This document shows, piece by piece, positions 48,295 through 64,000 of a stretch of 64,000 nt of DNA (position 1 is the first letter of the stretch; every line of letters begins with the position of its first letter). Under the pieces are notes generated by a model that was not told the origin of the DNA, made no database searches, and was given only the letters and a program-made list of their open reading frames with translations. The DNA is from the human T2T-CHM13v2.0 reference genome, Homo sapiens. The stretch lies in the NCBI RefSeq assembly GCF_009914755.1, contig NC_060936.1; one strand, written 5' to 3'. The position numbers and the translations under genes were made by a program.

Positions 48295-48341
<47 letters not shown>

Positions 48342-48693
48342 TTGAGTCTCCTTCTGTCACCCTGGCTGGAGTACAGAGCCTCAAACGTGGCTCACTGCAG
48401 TCTCAACCTCCTAGGCTCAAGTGATCATCCCACCTCAGCCTCCTGTGTAGCTGGGATCACAGGCATGCACCACCACACCCAGCTAATTTTTAAAATTTTT
48501 TTGTAGAGACAGGGTCTCACCATATTGTCTAGGCTGGTCTCAAACTCCTGGGCTCAAGCAACCTGCCCTGGTCTCCCGAAGTGCTGGTATTACAGGCATG
48601 AGCCACTGTGCCCAGCCACATTTCTTTTACGAAATGTCACACATGCAATTATTTTACTAAAGCCCCCAAATTCCCAAATTCTATACTACTCAC

Positions 48694-48929
48694 GTTTCCA
48701 AGGCATTATATGCCCCAGTGGCAGAACCTGGATTAATGTAGAATTTATTTTCATGCTCAAATGCTTCAAATTTGTGTGTGTGTCCCGAGATAAGAATGTC
48801 CACATCAAATTGCCTCTGCAACAGGGCTAAGCTGGCCATATCTCCCCATGGAATAACTTGATGTCCATGGATCAGACCAATTTTGAACTGTCCAACAGTC
48901 ACAACTTTCTGTTCTGGATAATTCAGATT
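48694..48929 (-). CDS. VPS29: VPS29 penultimate exon
   Basis: tag|[24 protein letters not shown]...[34 protein letters not shown](T)|gtgagt; 236 nt; phosphoesterase-fold motifs. Confidence 0.97.
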
Positions 48930-49034
48930 CTAACATAAGAAAAAGACGTAAGAAAATATGTATTTTAGAGATACTGATGTTTAAAAAAATCAGTTTCCTT
49001 AAATATTCAATCTCCTATGGATGTTTTGATGTAG

Positions 49035-49510
<476 letters not shown>

Positions 49511-49706
49511 TAATTATTCCCCCCAAACTTGTGATTTTCCTTTACCTAAGGCATGTAAGTTAGGGTGTGTTCAAATTATAGCTTAATGTAGCCTTAATAC
49601 TTTTATAGATAGCTTAAAATAATGAGAGCTAACACTTACATAGTACTTAGTATGAGCCAGGCACTACTGTAGGGGTTTTACAAATATCAACTTAATTAAT
49701 ACAAAC

Positions 49707-51129
<1,423 letters not shown>

Positions 51130-51709
51130 TGAGTGTGGTGGCTCATGCCTGTAATCCCAGCACTTTAGGAGGCTGAGGCGGGAGGATCACCTGAGGTCAC
51201 GAGTTCGAGACCAGCCTTGCCAACACGGCAAAACGCCATCTCTACTAAAAAAAAAAATAGCTGGATGTGATGGTGTGTGCCTGTAGTCTCAGCTACTTGG
51301 GAGGTTAGGCAGGAGAATCGGTTGAACCTGAGAGGCAGAGGTTTCAGGGAGCCAAGATCGTGCCACTGCATTCCAGCCTGGGCGACAGAGCAAGACTCCA
51401 TCTCAAAAAAAACAAAAACAAACAAAAAAAACTTTATAAATTAAACGACAGCATAAAACAGTAACAAAGCCACTTTTATTCAGTATCTATTTAGTTAGAA
51501 TAAGTATTTAATGTTTACTAGGTGATCTAAATCAGTGATTTTCAAATAGTAAGGGAGGGGCATGATGTATAGTAATTTTACATTTGGAAAAGAAAAAGGG
51601 AAAAAAAAAAAAACCTTACCAGTTGAGAAACCCTGGTCTAAAGATAAAGCTTATGTAAGTAATAATCAAGAAAGGGAGATATTTGAGAAGGGAAAGGGAA
51701 ATACATCAC

Positions 51710-51901
51710 CTCATCGAAGTCTCCTCTCACAATATGAACATCACCAGCCAGAGTCTTGAGATAGTCATAACTCTCTTTGGTGCAAAGGTTTCCTGTGCAG
51801 AGAATGTGCTGAATTTTTCCTGGCACCAGGAGTTTTTTGAATTTAGCTGGCAAACTGTTGCACCGGTGTGGGATGTGCAGATCTCCTAATACCAACACCA
51901 A
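51710..51901 (-). CDS. VPS29: VPS29 first large coding exon
   Basis: aag|[64 protein letters not shown]|gtgatg; 192 nt. Confidence 0.97.
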
Positions 51902-52881
51902 CTTTAAAGTGTCAAGGTGAGATAAAGCATAATGTTAAACACAATATCAAAACAAAATAGTCTCCTCTTGTAAGCCCCCTTTTAAGTCTCATAAGAGATC
52001 CCGAATCCCAGAAATTATTCATAGGGTTCCTATCATGACTATTTATTTAATCTCAGAAGCTGAATCTGTACGTATTTTTCTTCAGGTCATCAGCTTTGGG
52101 ATAGGTTTCATCATTGATTGTATCATGACAATTTAAACAGACATACTTATGGTAATGTACTTTGTTCTAAATCAATCTTATTTTGGTTGTAAACAGTTGC
52201 ATATATAAAATACAGGTAATCATTCTATTTACCAAGAGTGAAATCAAGCATTCTAAAGTGATTCATTTAGAGACCTGTAAATACACTGAATTTTAAAAAT
52301 TACAAAATGTAAAGTATACTACTGGGCCCTATAGAATTTGGCATTTTTAAAGACTGATATGGTAATTCATATTTCTGCAGTTGTAACATGAAATGATATA
52401 TTAATCCCAGAAATATTTAAGGAAATTGTTAATAGACAAAAAAGTTAATTATGTAATTTATCTGTACTAGACTGACAACTATGTGCAAGCATAATAGCCA
52501 AAATTTGATATTTTTGTTACTTCAAACTATTAGGTGTACGTTACAGAGATATACAACAGCCTTCAGTTTCATCAGGTAAATGTGTGCTTTTGAATTATAA
52601 TCTTTGATATCTTCACTTTCCTTCATTATTAGAAGTCCTCACTGTCATATTTTTATGGTCTGGATTAAATTGCTCATATATCCTCGGTATAGTTCCCCAA
52701 CTTAAAAAAAAGAAAACATTTTCACAATCTTTCATGTATATTAGAGCATTAAAACAAAAAAGAGATCAGCTAAATAAGTGATAAATTTAGCATAAGGTGG
52801 TTTAGAGCTGCAACATAGTCTCAGATGACAAAAGTAAATTTTGCTTTTAAATATAAAAGAATATAAACCCCAATCCTGTAA

Positions 52882-53247
<366 letters not shown>

Positions 53248-53545
53248 TAATTTAGCCATTTAACAGAATACTGTTAGAAAGATCATTTAAAAATAGTATC
53301 TGTCTGGCTGAGTGCGGTGGCTCACACCTGTAATCCCAGCACTTTGGGAGGCCGAGGTGGGCAGAATACTTGAGGTCAGGAGTTCGAGACCAGCCTGGCC
53401 AACATGGTAAAACACTGTCTTTACTAAAAAGAAAAATACAAAAGTTAGCTGGGCACGGTGGCAGGCGCCTGTAATCCCAGCCAACTTGGGAGGTTGAGGC
53501 AGGAGAATTGCTTGAACTCAGGAGGCGGAGGTTGCAGTGAGCTGA

Positions 53546-54068
<523 letters not shown>

Positions 54069-55231
54069 TAACTGCTTTTAAAGGCATGACTATTCTTTAA
54101 TATTATCAAAGAAACCATTAAATAGCTAATAGGATAAAACAAAATAGTTTTGCCACTGCAGACTTTGTAAATGAAAATTAATCAAACAAACAAAATGTAT
54201 GAAATTAAAATGATTACCAAAAGAAGCTTGATTTATCTTGCAACAAAAATTAAAATTATTGCAAAGAAAAGGAACCGTTACCAGGACACAGAGTTATCGG
54301 GACATAGTTTGTAATCTCAAAGTAACACAAGGTTATGAAATTAGCACACTTTAAAATTGTTAAGTAAGATTCTTCTTTATAAAGACTAGTTTCAGCAGGT
54401 ATTTGTTGTATGACCTATATTAATTGTTTCAATGCAGATCTCAGTGGACAAAACATCTGTAAAACTAAAAACCACTATGAAGTTTCCACCCTCACTGGTA
54501 ATCAACATAAAAGTACCTGGATATAGAACAATCTTCATTTTAGAGGGGGATTCCTTCTGATATGGATTGAAGTACATAGTTAGTATGGGAATCTTGCTTT
54601 GAGAAAAAGGTAAAAATAATAGATTTCTATATTTAAAAGAAGAAGAAGAACAACAACAACAACCACCACCCCAAACTCATAAAAGGGTATATGTCTACAA
54701 CAGGTTGAAATGTTTGGTACTAATAATGAATGAGCTGTTCAATCTGAATGTACCAGAAAGAACATTAGTAAGACATGGTACTTTATAATGATTGATGACC
54801 TAATTCTATAAAGTACTGTGGATTATCTCCAAGACTCAAGACTATTAGCAGTCTAAAGATATAACTGTATGAATGACCACACAATCATTTCAAATTAGTA
54901 GGGATCCTTACTAGGACAGAATCCTCTGGTTTCCTGCTGATGACAAAGTTATGGGGAAATAGTGTTACATAACACGTGTCATACTTTGAAACATGTTCCC
55001 GCCCAAATTCCACACTTTGACAAATCGGGATAGACATAGATGATAGAGTCCTTTAAGAAAGCAAAAGATCCTGGAAATGGCAGTCTTATTAAATTAAAAT
55101 AAAGAGCCAACCCAATCAAAGCATGGGAATTCGGTTACTTCCTTTCAACAGACCTTAAAAGGGTAAGAAATCCAGTCAGTAAACAGCCACCCAACCACCA
55201 CTGTTAGTAGGAGCTAAGTGAAGAAACTTAC

Positions 55232-55243
55232 TCTGTGCCCAGC
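55232..55243 (-). CDS. VPS29: VPS29 12-nt alternative microexon (AGHR; 186-aa isoform)
   Basis: ccactaag|GCTGGGCACAGA|gtaagt; gives the known N-terminus MAGHRLVLVL. Confidence 0.9.
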
Positions 55244-56449
55244 CTTAGTGGAATGAAGAAGTTGATTGCAGACAGGGGGGATGAAAAAAAAAGGGTGAAA
55301 CATGACCAATGTTAAAAGAAAGCAACAAAAAGAAACCAAAAAAAAAAAAGAGAACAAAAAACCCATACCAAATGAGCAAACAATTGTTAATGATTTCTGA
55401 GTGTTATGAAAGAAAATGTTAAAAATCAGCTGTGCTCAAAACAATACCAAAATAAATATTTGCTTTATTTTTGAACATGACACACACACTTTTTAATAAA
55501 TTTGTCTTGTCAGTTTCTCCTACTTTTCCTAATCTTGTTCTGTACATCGACTTCCATCTCTGTTTTCCATTCTGTTTAGATTTTTATAAGATTTTATAAA
55601 ATAATGAATTTGGATTTCTACAAGACACTGTGGAAAATTTATCATCAGTAATAGCTGAAAGGCTAACATTTTCTGGATTCTTAGGGTTTAATTATTCAAG
55701 TATATGGATGTTAATTATCTTACATTCAAAATTCTAGTAGCTGGAAAATTATGCTGCGGCTAGGTGATTTTTTGTAGCTGATGCAACACAGCACCATGAA
55801 TACATTATCAAGTGTTGAACAAATCAACTAAAGGTGAAGACAAAATAATAAAAACAAACACATTTATTCAGGTAAAACTGGACCTTTCCCACACTTGAAT
55901 TTGCTGCCCACAGACTCTGGACACTGTACTGAGTGTTGAACGTCTGTATCCTTTGCCAAATAAAATGCTTTTAATCATGAAAGAACTGGCTAATGCTAAA
56001 TTTTTCCCAGTTCTATTTCATATGAAAAATGATGTTCCAGTACAACTACCCTAAATAAGAGGGATCACTTCTCAAACAACTTGAGAAACATTAATATTTT
56101 GAAACCATGGCAAGTAATTATGTCTTCTCCCATGGATAGGTGTCTCGAAATTACTGTAAACGGATTACTTTAAATTGGAGTCTGTTTAGAAGCAAAAATT
56201 AAAAGTGAGATTAAAGATTTTAAAGAAGCATGCACCATAAATCTCTGGCTGCCATGTCTGTAAGTCCCCCTCTTGAAAAGGCTGTTTGTCATGCAATAGT
56301 AATAATCTTAAAAATGCATAGCTTCTTTGGTTTCCTTGTAAAAATAAAAAAGAATGCAATAAATGCCTGTCAGAGGTAGACGTCCCTTTACAGCCAACCT
56401 CCATCAACACAAATATGAAGATAATCACAGCTCCATTTCAAACAATTGA

Positions 56450-56543
56450 TTTTTTTTTTTTTTTTGAGCAGCAGCAAGATTTATTGTGAAGAGCGAAAGA
56501 ACAAAGCTTACACAGGGTGGAAGGGGACCCGAGTGGGTTGCCC
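56450..56543 (-). mobile_element. Polyadenylated, 5'-truncated LTR12/HERV9 R-region retrocopy
   Basis: Minus strand ggcaacccactcgggtccccttccac...aataaatcttgctgctgctc followed by an A tail; TSD caaacaattga(t/c)ttttt at 56439 and 56544. Confidence 0.8.
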
Positions 56544-57113
56544 CAAACAATTGACTTTTTAAGAGTCAAAGGCACCTTTGAAAATATGATTACAGGCCGG
56601 GCGCGGTGGCTCACGCCTGTAACCCCAGCACTTTGGGAGGCCGAGGCGGGTGGATCATCTGAGGTCGGGAGGTAGAGACCAGCCTGACCAACATGGTGAA
56701 ACCCCGTCTCTACTAAAAATACAAAAATTTAGACGGGCTTGGTGGCGGGCGCCTGTAATCCCAGCTACTCGGGAGGCTGAGGCAGGAGCTGAGGCTTGAA
56801 CCCGGGCGGCATTGCAGTGAGCCGAGATCGCGGCATTGCACTCCAGCCTGGGCGACAGAGCGAGACTCCATCTCAAAAAGAAAGAAAGAAAATATGATTA
56901 CAGCTCTGAGTCCTCTCTAGTAGAGGCCCCCAGTTTTTATGTAGGAAGGTCTGAGGGGCACCAAACTACTGGGGGTGAAGGGGTGATTGCTTGAAGGTGG
57001 CTGGGGGAGACTAGGTAAGTCTCCAACACCGGCACTCTCCCCAGAAAAATGTGTATATTCACAAAAATTTCCCAACAGTTTCAATGAGTTCACACATCAT
57101 TAAGGAATCCTAC

Positions 57114-57200
57114 CCTAAAGAGGCGTAGCAACCCGTGGAAAGAAACAGTTCCAGCAATTGCAAGCGCCAAATCCCGCCCTCTGAGAGCACACCTGCTCAT
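57114..57200 (-). CDS. VPS29: VPS29 alternative first coding exon (N-terminally extended 214-aa isoform, VPS29C)
   Basis: ATG at 57200; MSRCALRGRDLALAIAGTVSFHGLLRLFR|gtagga, phase 0; 29+4+181 = 214 aa, matching my recollection of the long isoform. Confidence 0.7.
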
Positions 57201-57745
57201 CTCAATGGCAGCTAGATGTTATTTCAGGAGCGAGGAGGGTGGTTTATTCCCTTTCCCTAGATGGCAAAGTTAAACGGGTACGAAATTCTGCTCGCTACTT
57301 CCTGTTCTGCATTCGAGAGGCCAGCTTCCACCACTACACCCCAACCAGCGGGAGGTGCTTTTTGCGGGAAACGAGTAGGAACCGTCTGGAAACGGAGGAC
57401 CGTGCCCCTATCCCCGGAACATTCGAGGTATAGGACCAAAGGCCTTCCCTGGCTCGGGCGTGCGTGTCTCGTGACAGGTCGGGCTGCTAGAGGGGCCTTT
57501 TTACCCCTTGGATGGCCTCTGGCCCCTTGGGGCCGGGATACGAGACCTAGGCCAGCCGCACCCAGAGGTGGCCGCTCCCTTCCTTCCCTAGACCTCTTCT
57601 GGGCCTTTCCCAGGCCAGCGCCTGGGCCCTGACGCCGAGGCCTCCGGGATTTCCCAATTCCTCGCCCTCGGCCTCCCCACGGCTCCCAACAACGCAGCAC
57701 CCCACCCGAGAGCCAGGCCTTGGTCGCCGCAACTGCAGCCCTCAC

Positions 57746-57748
57746 CAT
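57746..57748 (-). CDS. VPS29: VPS29 exon 1 coding part (ATG only)
   Basis: gacaggATG|gtgagg in CpG island; in-frame upstream TGA. Confidence 0.9.
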
Positions 57749-58034
57749 CCTGTCACCGGGCTCCGCTCAGTCACCACCACCGTCGCCGCCCTCTTCCTCA
57801 GGCTCCTCGGCGACCCGCCCACTTAACCGCAACCAATGAGAGCAGAGGGAGACAGAAATTGCCGTACGGAGGCCCGCACGGACCCTTCTCCGCCGTAAAG
57901 CCGTTTGGGAACTTGTGGAGGCGGGGTGGTAGAGTGCAGAGACGAGATCGCGAAGCTTTGAAAAGCGCGGGCAACATCCGGGCACCTGGGCCGTCGAGCT
58001 GAGGCGCGCCTTCCGAGCCTGCTTTTTAGGGCGG

Positions 58035-58080
58035 ATGGCAGCCATGCTGAAGTGCGTGATGAGCGGCAGTCAGGTGAAAG
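58035..58080 (+). CDS. RAD9B: RAD9B (9-1-1 checkpoint clamp paralogue) exon 1
   Basis: MAAMLKCVMSGSQVK(V)|gtggag; 46 nt. Confidence 0.88.
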
Positions 58081-58604
58081 GTGGAGCGGCCTTTGTTGTC
58101 TTCCCATTTAGCAGAGAGAAAAGCAGACGTTAATAGGTCGTCCCTACCATTGTCTAATTTTTCCTCTTTGCCTTTTTGCGCAATGACTGAGGACGCACGC
58201 CCTGGCCACAGCCCCACCCACTCAAGTCCCTGTTAACTTCTGAGGGGAGGATGAGGACCCATCTCGTGTGACTTAGAGGCAGATGTAATATGGGTGGTAT
58301 CCGGGAAATAGAGTTGTACCATCGGGCCACAAACTCGGGATGCTGAGGACTGCATGGGGAAGAGTTGAGAGAAAAAAATAATGCTTGGACAGTAAAAGTA
58401 TTTTTGTGCCAAGAGAACAGCATTAACCTGGTTTTTTTTTTCCCCAGATTCTACCATTTTTAAAAATGTATGAACTTGGAAAAGTCACTAAATCTCTTTG
58501 GGGCTCAGTTTCTAAAACGGAAACAGGGGTAATGACAGCACCTTCGTCACAGAGTTTGTTTGGAGGCAATGAAATGGAAATGCGTGTAAAGAGCCCAGTA
58601 ATAG

Positions 58605-58778
<174 letters not shown>

Positions 58779-58795
58779 TAAACATACAAAAATTA

Positions 58796-58987
<192 letters not shown>

Positions 58988-59477
58988 TCAGACTAGTGTG
59001 TTTTCCAGCCCTAAATGTGTTCTGTGGTGGGGAAATCTGGCTGCCCTCAAACATCAGAGATGTATGTTGGATACCCCTAATTTCTCTCTCATGACTTGTT
59101 GTGACTTGGCTATCAAGCTATTAAAACCACTTCAGATTATCTTCTCCATGCACTGTTTTCACAGTTTTTGGGGGGTCAAATACATTTATCTAAATCAAGT
59201 TGTAAAATACATTAGTATGGAAATTGGTTTGCACAGTAGCTCCATGCAACACTGTAAACATATAGAAGGACAAATTTCGGTCAATTTTATCATTTCACAC
59301 ACTACAAATTTATTGAGCCCTGACTATGTGTCTGGCATTTTGCCAAGGGTATTATACTGTATTAAAGTAATGTAGCATTAGTCTGTAAGATACTGTTATT
59401 TTTGAATTTCTCTTGAGTCCTCTGAATGCTGAACTAGTCTTGTGATTTGTTTTTATTGTTAGAGGGAAAGAATATAA

Positions 59478-59621
<144 letters not shown>

Positions 59622-60907
59622 TAAAGATCCCAGTCCAGATTGAATGTTAACTAGGAAATCCAGAAATTGTAATTATCCCTTTCACTGTTTATCTTTATTT
59701 TACATATCTGAATACACTTAGAGCATGGTAAAGTTGAAAATATGCAGATAAGCTTGATTGATTTAAACTGGAAGTCACAAACTGGTAGTTAAGAGACTAG
59801 CTACGGTCTGCAGGAATGTTTGTTGGCCTGCACTGTTTTTTTTTTTTTTTAATTTGAAATAATTTCCAACATTTAAAAATTGAGGCCGGGCGCGATGGCT
59901 CACGCCTGTAATCCCAGCACTTTGGGAGGCCGAGGTGGGTGGATCACCTGAGGTCAGGAGTTCGAGACTAGCCTGGTCCACATGGTGAAACTCCTTCTCT
60001 ACTAAAAATATAAAAATTAGCCTGGCATGGTGGTGGGCACCTGTAATCCCAGCTACTCGGGAGGCTGAGGTGGGAGAATTGCTTGAATCCAGCAGATGGA
60101 GGTTGCAGTGAGTGAGCCGACATGGTGCCACTGCACTCCAGCCTGGGCAACAGAGTGAGAGTGAGACTCCGTCCCAAAAAAAAAAAAAAAAAAAATTGAG
60201 TCAAATTTTTCCTGCTTCTCTTGAAAATTCAGAAGACCTGACAGTTTTGGGACTGCATTCATTCCCAAGTGGAAGTAGTTGGCTGAAACTGAGTAATGGT
60301 TTCCCCGCTTAGACAAGGTGTGAGACCGCCAATATGCTGTAACTCCCTTATATATTGCAACTCCCTTATATATTGCCTTTTGCCATTTCACACATTAAGG
60401 TTAAGGCTCATGACTGGGTGTGGTAGTTCACAAATGTAATCCCAGCACTTTGGGAGGCTGAGACAGGAGGATCACTTGAGCCCAGGAGTTCGAGACCAGC
60501 CTGAGCAACAAAGCAAGACACTACCTGTCTCTACAAAAAAATTTTAAAAATTAGTCGGGTGATATGTTGTGTGCCTGTAGTCCCAGCTACTTGGAAGGCT
60601 GAGAGGAGGGAGGATTGGTTGAGGCCAGGGGTTTGGAGGCTGCAGTGAGCTGCGGTGGTACCATTGCACTCCAGCCTGGCCAACAGGCTGGTTTTTTGAA
60701 AAAAAGTAAAAAAGAAATTAAAAGAAAGTTAAGGCCCCTGTAGGCATTTACTATTTTATGTTTTCAACATGTAAACTTTTAGATTTAACACATATATGTA
60801 TTCAATATAATATACATATATGTATACACCTATATATACGTACATGCTTGTATATATACATGTATGTACACCTATATGTATGTATATATATAGGTGTATA
60901 ATAAATT

Positions 60908-62090
<1,183 letters not shown>

Positions 62091-62092
62091 TA

Positions 62093-62401
<309 letters not shown>

Positions 62402-62513
62402 TAAAAGTGGTTTAAAATACTATGTTTTTTTCTCAATAGTTTTCATGTTTAGAACATTGATATTTCATGTCAAGATTTCTCGTTACATTATTGCTTAGAG
62501 TGTGTGTAGTTAA

Positions 62514-62831
<318 letters not shown>

Positions 62832-63027
62832 TGAGCCAGGCATGAGCCACTGCACCTGGCCTGAAGTATTATCTTACCTGTCACTGTAGAAGTATTGTAA
62901 GATGATCGGTATTATTTCTTTTTTTGACTTGTCAGTGGCACAAGCTTTGCCTGCATACAGCCTAATTTTTTTCAAATATCCGTATGAATTCAAGCAATTG
63001 GTTGTTCTAAAATTTACTAGCTGCTTG

Positions 63028-63479
<452 letters not shown>

Positions 63480-63829
63480 TAGGATTACAGGCATGCTTCA
63501 CCATGCCCGGCTAATTTTGTATTTTTAGTAGAGATGGGGTTTTACCATGTTGGTCAGGCAGGTCTGAAACTCCTGACCTCAGATGATCTGCCGGCCTTGA
63601 CCTCCCAAAGTGCTGGGATTGCAGGTGTGAACTACCGCGCCTGGCTGTATTTCTTAATTTAATCTTACATTTATTATAATATATTTTTATTTCAGCATAT
63701 ATTTATAGTCTTTAAATTGTTTCCTATAAAATACTAATAATTTAACATTATTTTTTCCTTCTTTGAACTTCAGTTCATTTAATAGCAGAATGATTCAAAG
63801 AGCATGATTAAAAGCATAGCAAGCCTTGA

Positions 63830-64000
63830 CATCACAAAGATGTGCGTGTAAATTCTTCTCCACTTATTAGTTTTGGGACAGTGCATAAGCTCTCTGAATC
63901 TTCATTCCTTACTGTGAAGTGGAGATGATCATGCCTACCCACAAGTTACGGGGTGATTGTGAGGATGAAGTGAGATCACATATGTAAAGTACATACCGCA
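63830..64000 (+). mobile_element. MIR relic
   Basis: 'ctctctgaatcttcattccttactgtgaagtggagatgat...gattgtgaggatgaagtgagat' resembles the MIR core. Confidence 0.65.

Larger units (their letters stand above)
57240..58210. promoter_or_regulatory. Bidirectional CpG-island promoter shared by VPS29 and RAD9B
   Basis: Divergent ATGs 286 bp apart (57748 and 58035); CCAAT 57833-57837; GC box ~57917-57926; CpG-rich. Confidence 0.9.

Noticed and set aside
51902-51925. U12-like branch sequence CCTTGAC close to the VPS29 acceptor, with a weak pyrimidine tract
   Set aside because: All upstream donors (gtgagg, gtagga, gtaagt) are U2-type, and I found no minus-strand RTATCCTT partner.
60341-60376. Perfect 18-bp tandem duplication aactcccttatatattgc, resembling CArG boxes
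   Set aside because: It does not fit CC(A/T)6GG; ordinary slippage duplication.

Overview
Human (primate) genomic DNA, very Alu-dense (roughly half the window by eye). It matches from memory the chr12q24.11 cluster ARPC3(-) / GPN3(-) / FAM216A(+) / VPS29(-) / RAD9B(+). I rebuilt the exon structures from splice sites and reading frame. GPN3 is complete (8 coding exons, 284 aa), as are FAM216A (7 exons, 273 aa, one GC-AG intron) and VPS29 (182 aa, plus a 12-nt microexon and an alternative first exon giving 186 and 214 aa forms). ARPC3 exons 1-2 and RAD9B exons 1-4 are partial genes. There are three CpG-island promoters, two of them bidirectional, and an RPL31 processed pseudogene nested in two Alus. 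MER44, MLT1, L1, L2 and MIR relics are also present. Almost all ORFs in the supplied track are Alu translations. I found no wholly new gene system. The most interesting unexplained structures are: (1) a 63-bp non-repeat inverted repeat bracketing RAD9B exon 3, whose only true mismatches are A:C; (2) a ~1.1-kb templated copy of a VPS29 intron inside an Alu in FAM216A intron 1, in which both copies later received independent Alu insertions at nearly the same site; (3) an L1-retrotransposed LTR12 R-region fragment that places a sense poly(A) signal in VPS29 intron 1; (4) a phase-compatible GPN3-ARPC3 read-through and a GPN3 isoform lacking the P-loop. Repeat boundaries are approximate; exon boundaries were counted by hand.
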